A DNA stretch of 64,000 bases from Azolla caroliniana. Taxonomy: Eukaryota; Plantae; Polypodiophyta. Location: the NCBI GenBank assembly GCA_043228905.1, contig JBHGNT010000012.1, positions 9,424,001 through 9,488,000 on the forward strand, written 5' to 3'. The notes beneath the pieces were generated by a model that was not told where the DNA came from, did no database searches, and saw only the letters and a program-made list of their open reading frames with translations. Of the stretch, positions 35,701 through 47,700 are shown piece by piece (position 1 is the stretch's first letter; every line of letters begins with the position of its first letter). The translations under genes and the position numbers were made by a program.

Positions 35701-38100
35701 TGTATTCTCCGTGAGCTCCTTGTCTAGAGGTGTGCCGACGGCCGATATGGCGTCGATTTCGAAGAGGGGTATGATAGTGGGATGGTCTTCTAGGAAGTCA
35801 TCCACCTCGTCATCGGCTAACCCGTCGAGCATGTGCACCTATTCCGCGTATAACGGAGAGGTGTTGTGGGGCGTGGTTATGCGTTCTTCGGTTATGATCC
35901 GGACCTTGGTTTTTCCTCAGCGAAACGAGATCATGTTGCATTGCCAATGTTGTTTGATATTTGTTGTGCGCAACCATGGTCTGCCAAGTAACATTGGGTA
36001 GGCGCCCTGTGCTTCGAGTCGTAATACAACGGCCGAGATAGTGAACATGTGGCCTCCTAGAGTAAAGTCGAGGTGGCGGATTAATTCGATGGGGTGAACC
36101 GATCGTGTATCGGCCATCCGAAGCCAAAAGGGGCAAGGCTCCCATTGGTTTATGTTGAGGGTGTGACATGTGGCCTCGCTGATGACGTTCACACCGGAGC
36201 CGCCGTTGATTATGCACCCATGAAGGTCGCGTTCTTTAATCATGATTTTCACGGCTGGATTTTGGGAATCCATGAGGGGTGGGCCCGTCCTTAAGCGCGG
36301 CATGAGTGGTAACAGCTTATGTAATGGTAGCGAGATCTTAGCGCTTGTAAGGGCTTCCCATAGATGGTCATCTTCTGCCGTGGTGGATGGTCCTGCGGCC
36401 GATGGAGCGTTGATGGTCACGTCCTGCATCTCTGTGTGCATCCGTGCCACGTTGCTTTTGTTGGCGGTCTCAATCCATTCCCTAGCCGCTTGTCGGACGT
36501 CATCTTGTTCTTGCCATTGGCTGGCGTGGGTCTTGCTACGTGTAGTGATGTGTTGGACATCGGCCATAATCGTATTCACAACCGGGCCCTTGCCACAGTC
36601 CGTGGTTGGGCATTGGGTAGCGTAGTGGCCGGGTTGGTTACACTTAAAGTAGATAATGGGTGCTGAGTTGCTTGTGTCACCGTGCTCAGTGTGTGGGAAG
36701 GGTTGTGATTGATTCTCGGCCGCTTGGGTAGGCCTGTTGGCCCGTGGCACGGTGTGTGGGGCGTTTGGAGGGGGGTCTCGACAACGATTGTCGTTCTGAC
36801 GGCGATTGTTCCGCAGACCTCTATAAGAGTTCTGTCGGTCGTTTCGTGAATACCGCTAATCGTACCGGTCCTCCCGGTCGTCACCGTACCGATCGTACTC
36901 ATCGTTCGCTCTATATTGGTCATCGTGGTACTGGTCACGGTCGTCTAATCTCTTGCGATTGTCATGGCGGTACCGGTCGTCGTAGCGACGGTAGTCGTCG
37001 TCACAATGGTAGTCGTCGTCGCGGCGCTGACGATCCAGGGATCGTGGTCGCTCGTTTGCCCGATGTCGGTATGACTGACATTCATCCTACCTGGAGTACG
37101 TATTGCGCAGCTCGATCTGGCGAACCGGAGTCGTGATTGTGTGGTTGAGCATGTTGTACTGACATTTTTCGATCGTGTGAGCTCGGGACTGACATATTGG
37201 GCAGTGTGGCCGATGCGGGCACTCAAGAACCAGATGGCCTGAGCCTGAGCAGGCCGTGCATTGAAGAGCTTGTTGGAAACGATTCTCCTCCTGCGGAAGG
37301 GAACTTTGCAAAGAGCCCATTGAGAAAGCCGTGGTATGTTGTGTGTGATCGATTGCAAGGACGTGTGCGATGACTTGCTCGATAGTCTGGTTAGAGAAAT
37401 CTGTAAGTGCGAGAGTCGTCCGTAGAGGCTCCCTTAAGCTGGACAGGAAGGTATCCGGAATGTGATGAGCGGGGACGTCGTCGGCCAGTTGTCGGTAGAG
37501 ATCCTGAAACCAGATCGTGAACTAGGCGACCGTCTCGTGAGGTTCTTGGCTCATGGAAAAGAATTGCCAGAGTAGTTCCCGCTTCGAAACTTGGCGGTGA
37601 AATAATTGGAGGAACTTTGTCCTGACATCCTGGAACATTGTGACCTCCCCCATGTCGAGGCGGGAGTACCATTGAGCAGTCAGGCCATCGAGGGATAAAG
37701 CAAATTCTGTGAGTTTGGAGGCCTCGATTTCGGCAGCCGATAACCGCTGCGTCGAGTGGTTGGCTTGCCATGTGGACACAAACACCTGAGTGTGTGCTTC
37801 CGCGTCGGGGCCATCGGTATACCGTGGGTAAGGGTAAGGCATGGTATCGAGATCCGGGTCCTCGGGTAAGGTCGGAAAAGGGTTAGGGTCAGGTTGGGTG
37901 ACCTCTAGGGGGGCTCGGCGGGGAGGTTGGTGCGGAATCAACTCGCGGTTGGGTATCGGGTGGCGATCATTGCAACCGGTGAGCCTCTGATAGTTCCTGG
38001 AACGATTGGTCAGTGACCACCGAGTCGGAAGTTCCTTCGACTGGCTTAGGGCGTCGGGCAGGTGGTCGAGACCGCGTGATGCGATGGGGTGCCGTAATGG
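32730..38100 (-). pseudogene. Family C gag-pol, frameshifted
   Basis: ORF pieces 37522-37941 (gag), 35917-36750 (protease), 34667-35155 (RT FLDDF), 33303-34361 (RH/INT), 32730-33218 (GPF). Confidence 0.85.
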
Positions 38101-38664
38101 TGGCTAAAGTTTGCTTCCAACGTAGTTCGTTGTGACCTTACAGCTGTAACCAGGCGTGCCAAATTGTGTTAACCGTTTCTGGGGAAACACCTTCGATGAG
38201 CCCACAGGCTATCGGTGTCAAGGGATCATGTTACTTGGGAGCCTCTTCTACACGGGAAGAAGAAAAGAAAAGAGAACGAGGAGCGTACACGGGCTACAAC
38301 CCGTTAGGCATAAACGTAGCTCGATTTACGAGTACAGGGAGAATACACAGATAGAATATTAGAAAAGGAAACTTATATTAAATGATAGAGCTCCCATTGA
38401 GTACAGTACTCGGCTCTTGGCCAGAAACAGTTAGTGCAGAGCTTGCTACTAGGATATTACTCTCGCTAAGAATGATCTAGATATCCCCCCTTGGGGTATG
38501 CATAACTCAGGTTATATAGTTTTCCCCTTCAGACAGAGCCGAGCCATCGGCTGATTGTGAGGGCTAAAACACGACTATTTTTAGTCTTACCTATTTCCTC
38601 ACCTACTCTTCTACCTAACGGCGAGTTTAAATAATATATTTATATTTCTGGCCTATGGACAACA

Positions 38665-40120
38665 ATTTTGGATCATATACTTTCATATTTTTTCAAAAGC
38701 ACTACCGGTGTTAAGCAAGGATGCCCACTCTCACCAGCACTATTTGTTCTATGCATTGATGAATTAGAAGAAATGGTTACCAAGTTTGCAAAGGAAGAAT
38801 GTGTTGAAGAAGTTGCCATTGGGAATGTTGTGATTATGCTTTTGCTATATGCAGATGATGTAGTGTTTTTTGCAAATACTTTAGGAGATGCACAAAAGCT
38901 TATGAAGGCATTGGAAAAAATTGGCATGCATACTAAATTAAGTGTCAATAGCTCTAAAACAAAGACTATGCTTGTGAAGAGCCAAAGAAGAGATAAACCA
39001 TGCATTATGTATAACAATGAGCCACTTGAATGTGTGGAAAACTTCAAATATCTTGGCCTTGAAGTTCCTTCAAATTATAGATGGAATGAATGTGCTACAC
39101 GCTGCTTAGAGGCGGGTAAGCGAGAATAATATGCATTTCAGAACATATGCAATCTTGGAGATATTAAGTGTTGGGTCCTCGAGAAATATTTTTTTGACAC
39201 TTTGGCGACACCGGTTCTTCTGTATGGGGTGGTGGCATCCCTAAATCTGTGGAAAGAGTTTGAAAATGTCCAAAAACATTTTCTTACAAAGTTTCTACAA
39301 GTTAAGAAACAAACGCCCTACACCCTCCTCCTTGAGACGGGATCGCATCCCATTGAGATCCTGGTCATGGAAAGGGTTGTTGAATACATGCTTAAGGTTC
39401 AAAAAAGTCCCTCACATCGACTTCCTAGAATTGTATGGGAAGCAAGCAAAAAGATCCAAAAGACACATAAAAGCAAAATTTTGTATTCTAGTTGAATGCA
39501 AGATATAGAAAAATGGTTTGGTAGATGGGATGCGAGACACTTGCTTCATGATACATTATTAGATTCCTCTGTAAATGAGGCCTTTTTGCAACGCCAATGT
39601 ATCATGACATGGGACAAATGTGGAGGCTCATGCTTCACACATTATACTACACATGTTGCACCTAACTACAAAACCATATTCTTTGCAGAACGGGGAAACC
39701 GTACACATCAATACATGTTAGAGCCCATACAGTTACTTGCCATTTGAACCATTGCTTTCATGCGACTTAGCTCACATGCATTGCGATGTGAGACAGGGCA
39801 TTGGGGCACAAGTGATGAGAGTGGTCGGCTATGCACACTTTGCCCTAAACAAGTTCGCGAGTCTGAGTATCACACTTCGATACAATGCTCTACCTTTGAT
39901 CATATTCGACCATGCTTTCCACATTTCCTCGACCGAGCCCAATCCTTGCATGATTCCTCTCACAACCACAATGTGCACTCTCGATTGCAACATTCATTGG
40001 TAAAGTTCTTGAACATCGAGAGTCACTACTCACTTTCACACGTATCACGTGAAATGTAATATTTTTGGTTTCATAGGTCATATTTGACCTCTAAAGACGA
40101 GAATATAATCATTTAGACGA
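38665..40120 (+). mobile_element. LINE (RTE/RTEX-like) 3' part: RT, C-terminal CCHC, 3' stem-loop and short tandem tail
   Basis: [32 protein letters not shown]; AGGTCATATTTGACCT hairpin; AGACGAGAATATAATC twice. Confidence 0.85.
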
Positions 40121-40540
40121 GAATATAATCTTCACTAAGGACGAAGCTTCTTTGTAGTGACAGATCAAGGGCCTCAATGGAACTATCAACTTCCATGGAC
40201 CCTTTCTTGAATATTAGTACACCATGGTAATGTACTACCGTATCAAGTTTCAACACACCGTTATAAGTTGTTCTTGTATGTACAGGTTTTGGCAACTTCC
40301 TCCATAAGTGAAGAAGCTTCGTCCTTGTCTTATGGTGTATCTTCTTTGTATTGTCTTTGTTAATAGGGATTATTTTGAAATTTGTCTCGTGGTTGTTTAC
40401 CTCATTGAGGGGTTTTCCACGTTAAATCTTGCATCATTTTGTGTGTTTTGTGGTTTTTATTTGATCTTTGCTCCTAAATATTTGAGCTTAAACACAACGC
40501 TTGTTACACTCTTACGTGTCTATACCTATCACAAACAATT
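40121..40540 (+). repeat. Probable Copia-type LTR fragment
   Basis: GGGGTTTTCCACGTTAAAT and TG-rich U5-like sequence similar to 5590-5610; ends near ..AAACA. Confidence 0.4.
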
Positions 40541-41735
40541 TTGTTAAGAACGGAAGAAAGCAAACGAGTACTATTGTGATCGTGCATGTTCTTGTCTAGT
40601 CCGAGAAAAAAAAGCAATCAATAGGAGGGGAAAGAAATCTTCTTTAGTGTTGCTAATCGGTAGTATGAAGTCTACTACACATTCATGAGGTCAATCTTCT
40701 ACTGGATCAAAGCCATAGTAGGAGGCAAATGAATAATACAGGGCTAACATTTTCTTCATTTCCTTGACTGCACGTTTTTCATGTTTATGTTATTTTCCCA
40801 AATTCATCTATGTATAATATAATGATCTAGGTTATTTTCCCAAGTCAACACATTTATTTATGTATAATGTAATGACCTTTAAGCAATTAGACCGTCACAA
40901 ACATGTGGTAAATAATCCTCAAATGGTTCTGGTAAATGTGATGTATAGGAGTAAGTTCGAACATTGTCACGTCGCTAGTTTCTCAATCATTAGCTTGTTG
41001 GGAATATATGCTCAAAGGTTTGTTGCACTTTTTATGTTCCCCCAAAGTCAAAGGTTTAAGATTAATTTGGAAATCAATTTGCAAGTGTGATATAGGAATA
41101 CATCAACTTTATATCAATAAAGTGATAAAATTGCCCTAGAGTGTACACGTAGTAACCACCTTATTCTCAACCATGTATGCATCAAGATAAGGGTCCACAA
41201 AAAGGTGTCCAATCTCTACAAAATTGCACCCGTGCTTACTCCCTATTTCAGTAGTTCCCCAATAATTTCAAGAATACAACGATATACCAATGAAATGTCT
41301 TTCCTATTTCCTTGCTCTCATGGGGCGCTCTTTCAAAAGTTATTGCTTCGTCAAATTTCTAGACCCAACAATGGCATTACAAGGATTTTGTTGACAATAC
41401 TAATAGGAGATCATTATTTCAAGATTTTCTTAGAAAGTCTTTTTCCGAGGTCTACTTTCTTCTTCTTAGAAATGCCATTCCTATCTCTACTGTTTATTGT
41501 TATTTCTCTTCGATGTATCATGATTCCCTAATGTCTATATTCGTTGTCTTTCAAACACTGAGTAGAGATCAATTCCAAAACTTTTTGTTGATGTCATAAA
41601 TAATACAATCATGGATGTGAGTTCTCTTAGCCATGTAAATTTATTTCAACCGGTGAATGATTGCTAGCTCCAATTATATTCATAGCTAAACCAACCATCC
41701 ATTCATTATGGTAGAGCTTAGATATTAATACATCA

Positions 41736-44700
41736 TCAAAACCCTGAGAAATTGTTGGTTGCCAAAGAGCTTAGTATTGCAAGAACAGCAACAATAATGA
41801 TGATATTCAGAAAGTAATTGCTTTTCATAGGTTGATTCGGACTCCCTCCTAATCCCAAGTACTCGTCTCGAATCTTGGCCTTCATGGCATCTGATAGCGC
41901 TGTCTACACTCACAAGGAACAACCTTATTTGGATGTCTAGACAATAATATGACATGAAAACATCATGCTCTTATAATAAGAAACCTCGGAAAAGAACATA
42001 ACATTTAGGGAAAAACTCTTCCAATACCCCCATTTTTTTCGTTATTTCCCCAAATGCCCCAGAGTTTATCTATGTTTCCTTCAAAAAATGCCCACCTTGG
42101 ATTAGAGATGGAAGAATTGTCGAAATAATCACTTAAAAAAGCATATATAATTCCGAAAATGGGGTGAATTTACCATACGATTTCTCTACAGCAGGTACAC
42201 ATAATTTTGCTCTAGAAAGGGGGGGGTTGACCAGGCATTAAAAAAAATAATGAAAACTAAGGGGCATTTGGGGGAAATAAAGAAAAACTCAAAAGACTGG
42301 TTGGGAGAGTTTCTTTTTCCTTTGTTCCAAAATTTCATCTCTTCTATTTGAAAGATGTGTAAGTATCCAAAATGTGATAAATTTGTTTTATGGGTTAATT
42401 CTACATTTTCGAGGAAGATGTTACTTACTCTATTTTCACCAGACGAATACTGAGATGCAACAAACTTCTCTGGAACAGGCTGTTTTGAGGGTTGGCTTGA
42501 TGGCTCATCAATAAAAACACCCTATACAAATACACACATCCAAAGTTGCATAATTCAACATCATTTCCTATGGTTTATCAAACTATTGAAAGAAATGTTG
42601 GGAGAATGGATAGCTGTTTAAGACCTGGGGAGGATCAAATTTAGCACCCAGTTCACTAAGCTTTGCATGTGCCTCTGCATAGTCTTTAAAGAAAGCTTCT
42701 TGATCTTCAGCATATTTTTCAGCATAGACCTAAAAAACAAACAACAGAGCAAACATTCCTCTTTGAATAGATGCTGAATATACACGTACGGTCCACGTCA
42801 TCAATGTTAGAAATATTGAGAATCGATAAGATAGGTATATAGAGTTACAACCACAACGATGGATATATGAAAACAAAACTTCTATTACATATGAGAGTAG
42901 CTCACAATGGTAGTTCACCCATGCACTCACACTTCAGAGCTTAGATGGGATCTGGACCAGCTCACTACAAAATTAGTGGGGACTGATGATCAATTCAACC
43001 ACTGTGTAAGAAAGTGGATTATATTCTATGTTTGGTCTGAGTATAACATTAAATGTGCAAGTTAGTTGATAGTAGTGGAGATATTCCTTTTTTGTCAACT
43101 AATTTGTCATTTAATATGACCCAACTCCCTAGATACAGGCTAGTGCTAGATAGTACTTATCTTGAAGTCAATGGCACATACTTCAAGACTAAGTACATCG
43201 TAACTTGCCCACAAAATATTCTAGTTGACTTGATTAGACAGTCCTATTACCTATTTCACTCTTTCCTAAATCCATTGTGTCCTGCGCATCTACAATTTCC
43301 TAGATTAACACCTTATCGACCCATATGGTCGAGTTGCACACTAGCCGCTCCCTCAATGGTCAACCCATTGAGTTCACTTGGAATTGGGCCAACTCCTAGT
43401 CGTCGAAGGTGTTGTTGTAGCTGTTCTACTCCAAGCGCCTTTGTGAAGATATCCGCAGCATTTTCTGATGTCGGACAGTACTCAAGTTCCACAATCTCAT
43501 CATTTATTAGCTCCTGCACAGAGTGATACTGAATTTCTATGTGTTTAGTACGTGCATGAAATACGGGGTTCTTGGCAATGGCCATGCAACTCTGATTGTC
43601 ACACCTCAATACCGTTGTCGTCCTTATTGGAACCGCCACATCCATAAGGATTCTTCTTAGCCAAACTACATCGTATGCCGCCATGCATGCTGCTTTGTAT
43701 TCTGCCTCCGTTGAAGATAGTACCACTGTTGGTTGTTTTTTACTACTCCACGAAACAGCTCCAGAGCCTATTGAAAAACAATATCCAGAAACTGATTTTC
43801 TGGAATCACTATCTCCAGCCCAATCGGAGTTGCAATACCCACCAAGTTCGTCAATTGTTGGCTTGTAGAAGATTCCGAAATTTAAAGTACCCACAATGTA
43901 CTTTAATACACGTAGTGCAGCTTTCCAATGAGTCTCCTTCAGCTTGTTGCTGAATCAACTCACCACACCAACTGCAAAACAAATATCCAGCCTAGTGTTG
44001 CATAGGAAAATTAGACTTCCTACTAGCTCTCTATACTTCCTTATTTCAACCATTGGTGACAGCTCTTCTTGGGATAGCTTGCAGTTTGACTCCATTGGAG
44101 TCGACTTCGACTTGCTGTCCATCATCCCAAAGGTCTTCAAGATCTCTGTTGCATACTTTCTTTGTGACATGAAGATGCCAACCAAGGTTTGCCAAACCTC
44201 AATTCCAAGGAAGTAGTGTAGAATCCCCAAGTCTGTCATTTCAAACACTCTTGTGTTTGGCCAATACACTCTTCATGGTCACCAGTAAGTACTAGATCAT
44301 CCATGTAAATGATGATGATGACTTGTTTCCTGTCCTTCATTTTGACATACATACTTGCATCCAAAGCACATTGCTTAAAGTCGATTGATTGTAAGAAGCT
44401 GTCTATCCTCTTGTTCCAAGCTCGTGGTGCTTGCTTTAGACCATGCAGCGCCTTCTTCATCTTGCAGACTTTGTTTTCTGAATTCGGCATCTCAAACCCT
44501 GGTGGTTGTGTCACGTATACCTCCTCCTTGAGACGCCCATTCAGAAATGCCAATTTGACATACATTTGATAAATCGGCCATCCTCTTGAAGCACCCGATG
44601 ACCATTCGAATTGTTGTCATGCGAGCTATCGGGGCAAATGTTTCTTCTACATCGAAGCCTTCAATTTGGGAGTATCCTTGCGCTACCAGCCTGGCTTTAA

Positions 44701-47700
44701 ATTTCTCCACAGAACCATCAGCTTTATACTTTACTTTCCACACCCACTTCGTGCCTATAACCTTCCTCTTTGTTGGCCTCTCTACTCTGGATCACATATT
44801 CACCCTCCGGGCCCTTATTGAGGAGGGCAGAGCCCACAATAAGAGTATTTATTGCTGCTTTTTGGATTTCCGAAAAGCCTTTGACATTGTGCCACGTGCT
44901 CAGCTTATGCAGCGGCTAGAAGCCCTTGGTGTTCCTATAGATATGCAATGGGGAATCTATGCACTCTATGAATCTGTGTCAAGAAAAGTGTGGTCTTCTA
45001 AGGGCTTGTCAGAGGCGGTGGCTAGCACAATTGGCATGAAGCAAGGATGCCCACTATCCCCCACACTCTTTGGTCTCTATATAGATGAGGTATCACAGTA
45101 CATAGAGAGATTTGGGGGTTCCGGAGCACACGTAGCAGGTATAGCTATACAAATATTACTATATGCTAATGATATTGCGCTGATTTCTGACTCTCCAGAG
45201 GGACTACAAAGACATCTAAATGCCTTAAAACTATTTTGTATGGACAAAGGTTTGTCAATCAACATGAATAAAACTAAAGTGATGGTGTTTAACACCACCC
45301 AAGCATGGGTAACAAGATCAGAACCAGAATTCTTCTTGGGAGAGGAAAAGGTGGAATACACACGCTCCTACACATACCTAGGAGTAACCTTTACGGGACC
45401 TAGGTTCTCCTTACAGGAGGCCGCTTGTGCCCAACTTTCTCATGCATATGCAGCCCTTGGTGCTCTTGAAAGACAATGTGCACATTTGCAGTTCTAAGAG
45501 CCACGGACTAAGCTATGGTTATTTGATACACTTGTCACACCAACTCTTCTCTATGGAGTAGAGACATGGGGACCGAGTCTTCACAAGGCAAATCATTGGA
45601 AAGATTTAGAGAGACCTTTAGTGTCAATGATTGCTCGCATGATAAGGAGCAAAGCATCGGTGCCCCACGATATAATCCGGGCAGAGATGGGAGCAGCACC
45701 TATAATAACCGAGGCGTTGTTCCGATCAGTGACATTCATCCAACGTCTTTGGGAGCTCCCTAAACGAAGGTACCCAAGGTTGGCACTTATGTCATCAAAA
45801 CAACTAGCTGAAAATGGAAACACTCATTGTTGGTATGCTGAAATGCAGCAATGGTTCGAGTCACATGGCATGAGTATAAATGCACTACCCCCGTTCTAAT
45901 ATAGCTTGGACTGTCCCCATCTAAATATGACCAAAGTGGAAAAGAATAGAGTGATCCAAACTGATATTATTAACTTGGAAAACAAGATAACATGGATCAG
46001 CCCCAAAATACCACTTGGTACAAAGATGGCCCACTATAAGAAACTTCTTACATACATCGGAGGATGGATTTGTCATCAGGCCACATTATATAGACATACA
46101 TCTATCCTATGCGCTGCGTAGTGTGATAGGGCAGCTAAGAACTTCATCACATCAGCTACAGATTGAGGTAGGCAGATCTACACGACTACCTCTAGAAGAG
46201 AGAATTTGCCAATTGTGTCATCAAGGAGTGGAATCTAAAGAACACTATGTTTGTCATTGTAGTGTCTTTTATGAAATCAGAGGGAGATACCATTGCCTCT
46301 TTAAACAAGGCTTTGGCCCACTACGCAAGGTAATGGAATATGAGGACCAACAATGCCTAGGACTTTTCTTGCTAGAGCTCAAGAGACATCGGGAAAAGTT
46401 GTTGTAGAATACAGCCACACAAGCTCATCCACAAAGAACAATCACAACTTTCTTTAGCCCCATCACTCCTAATGCTAGAAGTCAACCCCAGGATACATAA
46501 ATGGTCTTCAGACCAGGACATAACAAAGGAGTTACAATTGATCGGGCAATGGCAATTTGCCGTGCACGTAGGCCTCGGCCCCATGGACCACGACCCCGAC
46601 ACCCTTGTCATTGACAGATAAAAGCCATTATCTCCCGCCATCGTAGGTGCTTCCCTTGCTTCGGAGACATTTCCATTTTGGATTGACCTATGCTAGAGAT
46701 CTTTCGAAGACAAAAGCTACAATATACCTAACTTGAGGATCTCACATGTGCCAAAAACCAAATTCCCTCATTTCTTTTCTTTTCATGTTATTTACTTTTA
46801 TATTTACTATGTAATATTTATTTTATTTTGGTTTATTCTCAAAGACAAGACGACACTTCAGATGTAATTTCTTGTTTGGTCTTATAGGCCATTTTGGCCT
46901 CTTAAAAGACGTTAATATATCTTTCTTTCTTTCTTTATTTCTACCAACTCCCACGTGTCATTTTTCATGATGCTATCGTATTCTGATATCATCGCTTCTT
47001 TCCACTTCGGGTCGGCCATGGCTTCCTCCACTGAGGTCGGCTCACTCACTGAGCCTATGATGTCCACCATCAAAGCCGCACAAGTTCTCCCTTGCTCCTG
47101 TATTCTTGATCTTCGTAATCCATCAATTGAAGTTTCAGGAAACTCAAATTTAAGAGTACGGTCATTGAAGAGTTGTTGAACCCACTTAGGTATTTTCTTT
47201 ACATGTAGCACTGGCATAGGCTGAATTAGCGAGCCTTACCATCAGATGGTTCAGCTTCCTTTTCGGGACATTGGATCGAAATTGGGTGGAATACTTCTTC
47301 AGTTGATAAGAAACTTGAGAATCGTTGTTCTCAGCTAGCTGCGGTCGTTCCTCATCGAACACCACATCGCGGCTTGTCAATATCTTTCTTGCCTCTGGAT
47401 TGTAGAGTCGATAGGCCTTTGACTCTTCACTATATACGAGAAAGATACACTTCTTGCTTTTAGCATCCAACTTCTTTCTGCTCACATCTGGAACATGTGC
47501 GTAACACGTACACCCAAAGGTTCTGAAGTGCAGCACTGAAGGTTTCTTGCCTGAATAAGCTTCTTGGGGTGTTTTCCCTTGAAGTGCCTTTGTGTAGCTC
47601 CGATTGAGGATGTAAACTGTTGTATTCACTGCTTCAGCCCAGAATGGATCGGGCAGCGCTTGTGCCTTAACGTACACCTAGCCATCTCGACAATTGTCCG

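Larger units (their letters stand above)
19188..38664 (-). mobile_element. Gypsy family C, decayed near full-length element: 5' LTR 38167-38664, PBS 38150-38161, gag-pol ~32730-38100, extra ORF ~19335-32500 split by B1; only 15 bp of 3' LTR left (19188-19202)
   Basis: CTATGGACAACA terminus at both 38664 and 19202; TGGCACGCCTGG PBS; gag/AP/RT/RH/INT peptides with many frameshifts. Confidence 0.85.

Noticed and set aside
44586-45497. Novel 303-aa chimeric ORF
   Set aside because: Chance read-through from antisense Copia RT into a truncated LINE
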